Below are positions 60,101-64,000 of a DNA stretch of 64,000 nt, piece by piece. Position numbers and translations under genes: made by a program. Under the pieces are notes generated by a model. That model was not told where the DNA came from, did no database searches, and saw only the letters and a list, made by a program, of their open reading frames with translations. The stretch is from the IMG/VR virus record IMGVR_UViG_3300020414_000008, positions 64,001 to 128,000 of that record; one strand, given 5' to 3'. Position 1 is the stretch's first letter. Each line of letters begins with the position of its first letter. Origin of the DNA: a virus. Taxonomy: Duplodnaviria > Caudoviricetes.

Positions 60101-60730
60101 ATGTCAATCGCAAATCAATTTAAAGGACTACCAATCGAAGAACTAATCGTTGGTCCACTAACAGGTGTGGCAAAAGGTCAGGCGCAACTAAATGATATTA
60201 CTTGGAAGTACATCTCTGAGGTTGCATTTGAGCCACCTTCAGGAAGTAGTACCCATCGTAAATCAAGAAAAATCGATGTTGAACTAAACAGGTATATAAA
60301 GGACTCGGAAACAGGTGAATTAAAGTTACAACAAATTCAATCTATGATTCCTATGTTACCGTTAGTACCACTACCAACATTAGCAGTTACATCTGCAGAT
60401 GTTGATTTTACTATGGAAGTTCATGAATCAACCTTGTCTAAGAATACAAGTGATTCATCATTCGAAACATCAGTTCAGGCTTCAGGTGGATTTTGGGGAG
60501 TTAAGTTTAAAGCCTCTATGACAGGTAAAGTAGCAACTCATAAAGAGAATACAAGAAAAACTGACAACTCAGCTAAGTACAATGTTAAAGTACACGCAGA
60601 ACAACTACCACAAACTGAAGGTATGGGTAAACTAAACGATATGTTACACATGATGATGGAACCAACTGTAGTAGGTATGGAAGACCCAACAACAGGAGTA
60701 GCGACACCATCAACAGGTTCAGCAGGATAG
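60101..60730 (+). CDS. DUF2589-like protein
   Basis: F.GLP..LI.GPL..A..Q..L, P.L.LVP.P.L, F.MEV, TDNSAKY.V.V.A, P.EG..KL.D. Confidence 0.75.
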   Translation: MSIANQFKGLPIEELIVGPLTGVAKGQAQLNDITWKYISEVAFEPPSGSSTHRKSRKIDVELNRYIKDSETGELKLQQIQSMIPMLPLVPLPTLAVTSADVDFTMEVHESTLSKNTSDSSFETSVQASGGFWGVKFKASMTGKVATHKENTRKTDNSAKYNVKVHAEQLPQTEGMGKLNDMLHMMMEPTVVGMEDPTTGVATPSTGSAG

Positions 60731-60741
60731 TCCATAACTAA

Positions 60742-60773
60742 TTTGGAAAATTGAAATATTTTTTGTATATTAG
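60742..60773 (+). promoter_or_regulatory. Promoter TTTG-N20-TATATTAG
   Basis: Recurrent geometry. Confidence 0.7.
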
Positions 60774-60805
60774 TAAGAAGTAAAAAAATAAGTTATAGTT
60801 AAAGC

Positions 60806-61315
60806 ATGGCTAAGGTTAATTTAGAAGAACTACTTGGTGGTCTACAAGAGGCCTCACAAGTAGTTCTTTCTATACAAGAAAGACAACACATCAATACCAT
60901 CTCAAAGTATTTTGATAAAGATGGTACACCAATCACTCAAAAGTTTAGAATCGGTGACAGGGATATAGAGATACCACTCTACATTCTTGCGGACCATTCA
61001 TCTGTTGGGTTAGATAAGTTGGATATTGAGTTCCAAGCAAGACTATTGCCAGGAAATACAACTAAACCATCAGCACTCAAAAAGAATTTATTACCTATCT
61101 TTCAAAGACAAAAACAAAAAGGTAATGACAAGTACAAACATCAGATTAGTAATATCTCAGTTGATGGTAACAGTCCTGACAAGGAAGGTGTTGCTAAAAT
61201 CAGTATACATTTTAAGAAAGATAATAAACCCGAGGCGGTTTCTCGATTAGTAGATATGTTAATAGCGAAAATGGATGACCCGACTCATAAAGTTATAGAG
61301 AATGGCGATTCCTGA
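60806..61315 (+). CDS. Second, shorter DUF2589-like protein
   Basis: LEELL.GLQ.A, IPLY.L...S..LD.L.IEF, I.F.....PEA.SRLVD. Confidence 0.6.
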   Translation: MAKVNLEELLGGLQEASQVVLSIQERQHINTISKYFDKDGTPITQKFRIGDRDIEIPLYILADHSSVGLDKLDIEFQARLLPGNTTKPSALKKNLLPIFQRQKQKGNDKYKHQISNISVDGNSPDKEGVAKISIHFKKDNKPEAVSRLVDMLIAKMDDPTHKVIENGDS

Positions 61316-61583
61316 GTTAGAATTACCAAATAGTAAGAAAGGGAAACCTATGGAAAAAGAGCAAGATACTACTAACACAAAGGTAAGTAGTAACGGTAAA
61401 CAAAGATTACGAATTAGTATGTTTGTAATCTCATGTTTTGCTTTTACATTGGTTTGGATATTCTTATCAATGCACTTTGACAAAGGTCTTAACGCAGAAT
61501 GGAAAGAACTTCTATTATTGTTGTTAGGTGCATTAATCGGAAACTTCAACCAAGTAATTAATTATTGGTTCAAAGATAAGTAG
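61302..61583 (+). CDS. Two-TM membrane protein
   Basis: WKELLLLLLGALIG...VINYWF. Confidence 0.65.
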   Translation: MAIPELELPNSKKGKPMEKEQDTTNTKVSSNGKQRLRISMFVISCFAFTLVWIFLSMHFDKGLNAEWKELLLLLLGALIGNFNQVINYWFKDK

Positions 61584-61584
61584 T

Positions 61585-61788
61585 ATGCCTTTACCATGTC
61601 CGAGTTGTACTACACCGTTAGATTTAACTTTAGAATTTATTCTAAAGAATCCTGTATCGGTTTGTCCACATTGTCAAACTGTAATGAACTTCAATGTAGA
61701 TAAAAGTATACAGAAAGAGTATAATCAGGCGTTACAAAACATAGAGGACGTGAAAAAGAAATACAGTAAGATAGCTAAGTTTAAATAA
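61585..61788 (+). CDS. Zinc-ribbon protein
   Basis: CPSC...CPHC plus C-terminal helix. Confidence 0.7.
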   Translation: MPLPCPSCTTPLDLTLEFILKNPVSVCPHCQTVMNFNVDKSIQKEYNQALQNIEDVKKKYSKIAKFK

Positions 61789-61789
61789 T

Positions 61790-61861
61790 GCTCGGTTCGT
61801 CTAACGGTTAGGACTTCAGGTTTTCATCCTGGCAATAGGGGTTCGATTCCCCTACCGAGTA
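61790..61861 (+). tRNA. tRNA-Glu(UUC)
   Basis: Acceptor GCTCGGT/ACCGAGT, anticodon loop TTTTCAT, TTCGATT T-loop. Confidence 0.95.
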
Positions 61862-61873
61862 CAAATAAATGTT

Positions 61874-62500
61874 ATGTTAAGATACGATATAATAAACAAA
61901 GTAATAGAAGTAAATGGGTTTACAAAGTACCTTGAGATTGGTGTATGTAATCCTGTAGATTGTTTTGATAAAGTTAATTGTGAACTCAAACATGGTGTCG
62001 ACCCTGGCTATGAGTTTGAAGAAAACCCTGTTACATACCAAATGGAGTCCGATACGTTCTTTGAGTATTTAAGTGAACATGACCCTAATAGAAAGTATGA
62101 TGTAATCTTTATCGATGGTCTACATAAATCATATCAAGTTAAAAAGGATATAGAAAATTCTTTAAGAGTTTTAAGTCCAAACGGATATATTTTATTACAC
62201 GATTGTAATCCACCAACCTCACATATGGCAAGAGAAAACTACAGAACTGAATACGGGTATGAACCGTGGAATGGAACTGTATGGAAGGCGATATACAATC
62301 TAAGAACAACAAGAAAAGACTTACACGTTTGTGTTGTTGATACCGATTGGGGTATCGGTGTTGTAAAACGTAACGACCTCTTTGATACTAAACTTGTGTG
62401 GAATCATAATGAGTTTTATGAGTTTAATATCATGGACGCAAACAGAGAAGAAGATTTAGGTTTAATTACTATAGAACAATTTTTACAAGATGTGGGATGA
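61874..62500 (+). CDS. Class I SAM methyltransferase (Methyltransf_24-like)
   Basis: YLEIGV, GVDP, DVIFIDGLH, G.ILLHD. Confidence 0.88.
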   Translation: MLRYDIINKVIEVNGFTKYLEIGVCNPVDCFDKVNCELKHGVDPGYEFEENPVTYQMESDTFFEYLSEHDPNRKYDVIFIDGLHKSYQVKKDIENSLRVLSPNGYILLHDCNPPTSHMARENYRTEYGYEPWNGTVWKAIYNLRTTRKDLHVCVVDTDWGIGVVKRNDLFDTKLVWNHNEFYEFNIMDANREEDLGLITIEQFLQDVG

Positions 62501-62771
62501 ACCATATTCACCATGGAATATAAAAAGGGATTCTGAAAAAATCCTTATATTGTGGAGTCTCATTGAGAACTCTAAGACAATGACACAGAGACAAAGAGGG
62601 GATGTGTGGGCAGTGTTACAGGGTATAATAGCATACACTGACAAAGGTATGAACTTAGAACCCCATCATCGTAAGTATTTAAGAGAACAATGGGACAGAG
62701 CATGGAACTCCCAAAAAGATAATAAAGTAAAACAAGATATAGCAGAGTGGCTAAATGAACTACCTTTTTAA
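62490..62771 (+). CDS. Hypothetical protein
   Basis: Coupled ORF ending ELPF. Confidence 0.5.
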   Translation: MWDEPYSPWNIKRDSEKILILWSLIENSKTMTQRQRGDVWAVLQGIIAYTDKGMNLEPHHRKYLREQWDRAWNSQKDNKVKQDIAEWLNELPF

Positions 62772-63169
62772 TGATGAAACTAATAACAACACACCCAATT
62801 AAGAAATCAGATTTAGGACTACACAACAATTTGTTTGGTGGTAAACTTTTAGCATGGATTGATGCTGCAGGAGCGGCGTTTACTACTGAGTATGTGGATA
62901 GTCCGAGACTCGTAACTGTTATGATTGATAAATGTATATTTAAGAAACCTGCTAAAGAAGGACAGTTACTAAAGATATATGGAAAGATAAAAGAAGTTGG
63001 TAAAACATCTATAACTGCATATCTTGAAGCAAGAGCACATAATGTGTATGACGGTAATCAAAAATTAATATTATCCACGTCAATAAAATTTGTTAGGATT
63101 GATGAAGGTGGTGACCCTATTCCAATCCATCAAAGAATCAAGGATAAATTTGAGAAAGAAGAAAAATGA
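62771..63169 (+). CDS. Acyl-CoA thioesterase (hotdog fold)
   Basis: NLFGGKLLAWID.A, VTV..D...FKKP, FVRIDE.G.P. Confidence 0.9.
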   Translation: MMKLITTHPIKKSDLGLHNNLFGGKLLAWIDAAGAAFTTEYVDSPRLVTVMIDKCIFKKPAKEGQLLKIYGKIKEVGKTSITAYLEARAHNVYDGNQKLILSTSIKFVRIDEGGDPIPIHQRIKDKFEKEEK

Positions 63170-63603
63170 TTTATTGGTTTTACGGACAACCTGGCGCAGG
63201 TAAGACAACACTCGGTAACGCATTAGAAGAACGTCTAAACTTCCATCACTCACACCAAAAAACAATCAGAATAGATGGTGATGAAATGAGAGAAATATTT
63301 CAGAACAAAGATTATTCTGAACAAGGTAGACGTAACAACTTAAGAAAGGTTAACGACCTTATTCGTTTCTTACATCACAAAGGATTCACAGTTATTGTAT
63401 CAGTTGTTGGTCCATATCAAGATGTAAGAGACGAGATACACGACCTCGACCCTATGATGATTTATACATACACAACTGAAATCAGGGGACGAGAACATTA
63501 TCATACTGACGACTTAGAGATTGGTAAGTATGATGTTTGGATGAACACAGACAACAGATTAATAGAGGATTGTATAAATGAAATACTCACTTTTCGTAGG
63601 TAG
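63166..63603 (+). CDS. cysC: Adenylylsulfate kinase-like
   Basis: WFYGQPGAGKTTL, IDGD..R, YS..GR..N. Confidence 0.8.
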   Translation: MIYWFYGQPGAGKTTLGNALEERLNFHHSHQKTIRIDGDEMREIFQNKDYSEQGRRNNLRKVNDLIRFLHHKGFTVIVSVVGPYQDVRDEIHDLDPMMIYTYTTEIRGREHYHTDDLEIGKYDVWMNTDNRLIEDCINEILTFRR

Positions 63604-63916
63604 ATATCAACCATGGCACAATGGACATAGATGGTTAATAGACCAAAGATTAAATGAAGGTAAGAACGTTTGTATAGCAGTTAGAGACGAACACCCTGAC
63701 GAAACCCACGAGTGGTACAGTGGAAAGATTGTACACAATATCAAAGCAGAATTAAACGATTTAGTAAACGAAGGTAGGGTGAAAGTTATAGTGATACCTG
63801 ACATTGAATCAATCAATTATGGTAGGACAGTTGGATACGAAGTAATCGAACACGAACCACCAAAAGATATCTACAACATATCAGCATCAAAGATTAGAAA
63901 GGAAATGGGAAAATAG
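63578..63916 (+). CDS. HxGH nucleotidyltransferase
   Basis: GRYQPWHNGH, ISASKIR. Confidence 0.8.
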   Translation: MKYSLFVGRYQPWHNGHRWLIDQRLNEGKNVCIAVRDEHPDETHEWYSGKIVHNIKAELNDLVNEGRVKVIVIPDIESINYGRTVGYEVIEHEPPKDIYNISASKIRKEMGK

Positions 63917-64000
63917 TATATATTTATTTCTTTATGAGAAATGAGAATGAATATAACTATCGTACCCTACAAGTTGCCCGAATCCGTACCGACTCCAAAA

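Overview
A 64-kb segment of a large, AT-rich, T4-like (jumbo-type) dsDNA phage genome. Essentially all credible genes lie on the + strand and read in the standard code. Promoters resembling the Bacteroidetes TTTG(-33)/TAnnTTTG(-7) type and Bacteroidota-style lipoproteins suggest a Bacteroidota/FCB host (inference). Layout: (1) 1-8.2 kb, replisome (family-B polymerase, clamp, clamp loaders, nuclease) interleaved with a methyltransferase, a GT-B-like protein and a DUF1599-like protein; (2) 9-24.7 kb, a very large glycan biosynthesis cluster; (3) 25-35 kb, amidase, beta-barrel/lipoprotein/membrane module and probable head-internal proteins; (4) 35-49.5 kb, 2OG oxygenases, sulfotransferase-like genes, early genes, GroES/GroEL/J-domain; (5) 49.5-50.7 kb, a 1.2-kb non-coding region with DnaA-box-like pairs and a structured ncRNA candidate; (6) 51-64 kb, two restriction-endonuclease-like genes, thyA, a tandem GT25, three tRNAs, a tRNA-flanked DUF2589-like cassette and cysC. 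Best novelty candidates: a possibly clamp-tethered DNA glycosylation/methylation system, the DUF2589-like cassette with a beta-pore-like hairpin, the unnamed structured RNA, and promoters carrying Pho-box-like 11-bp repeats. All family calls come from motif recognition by eye; no searches were run.
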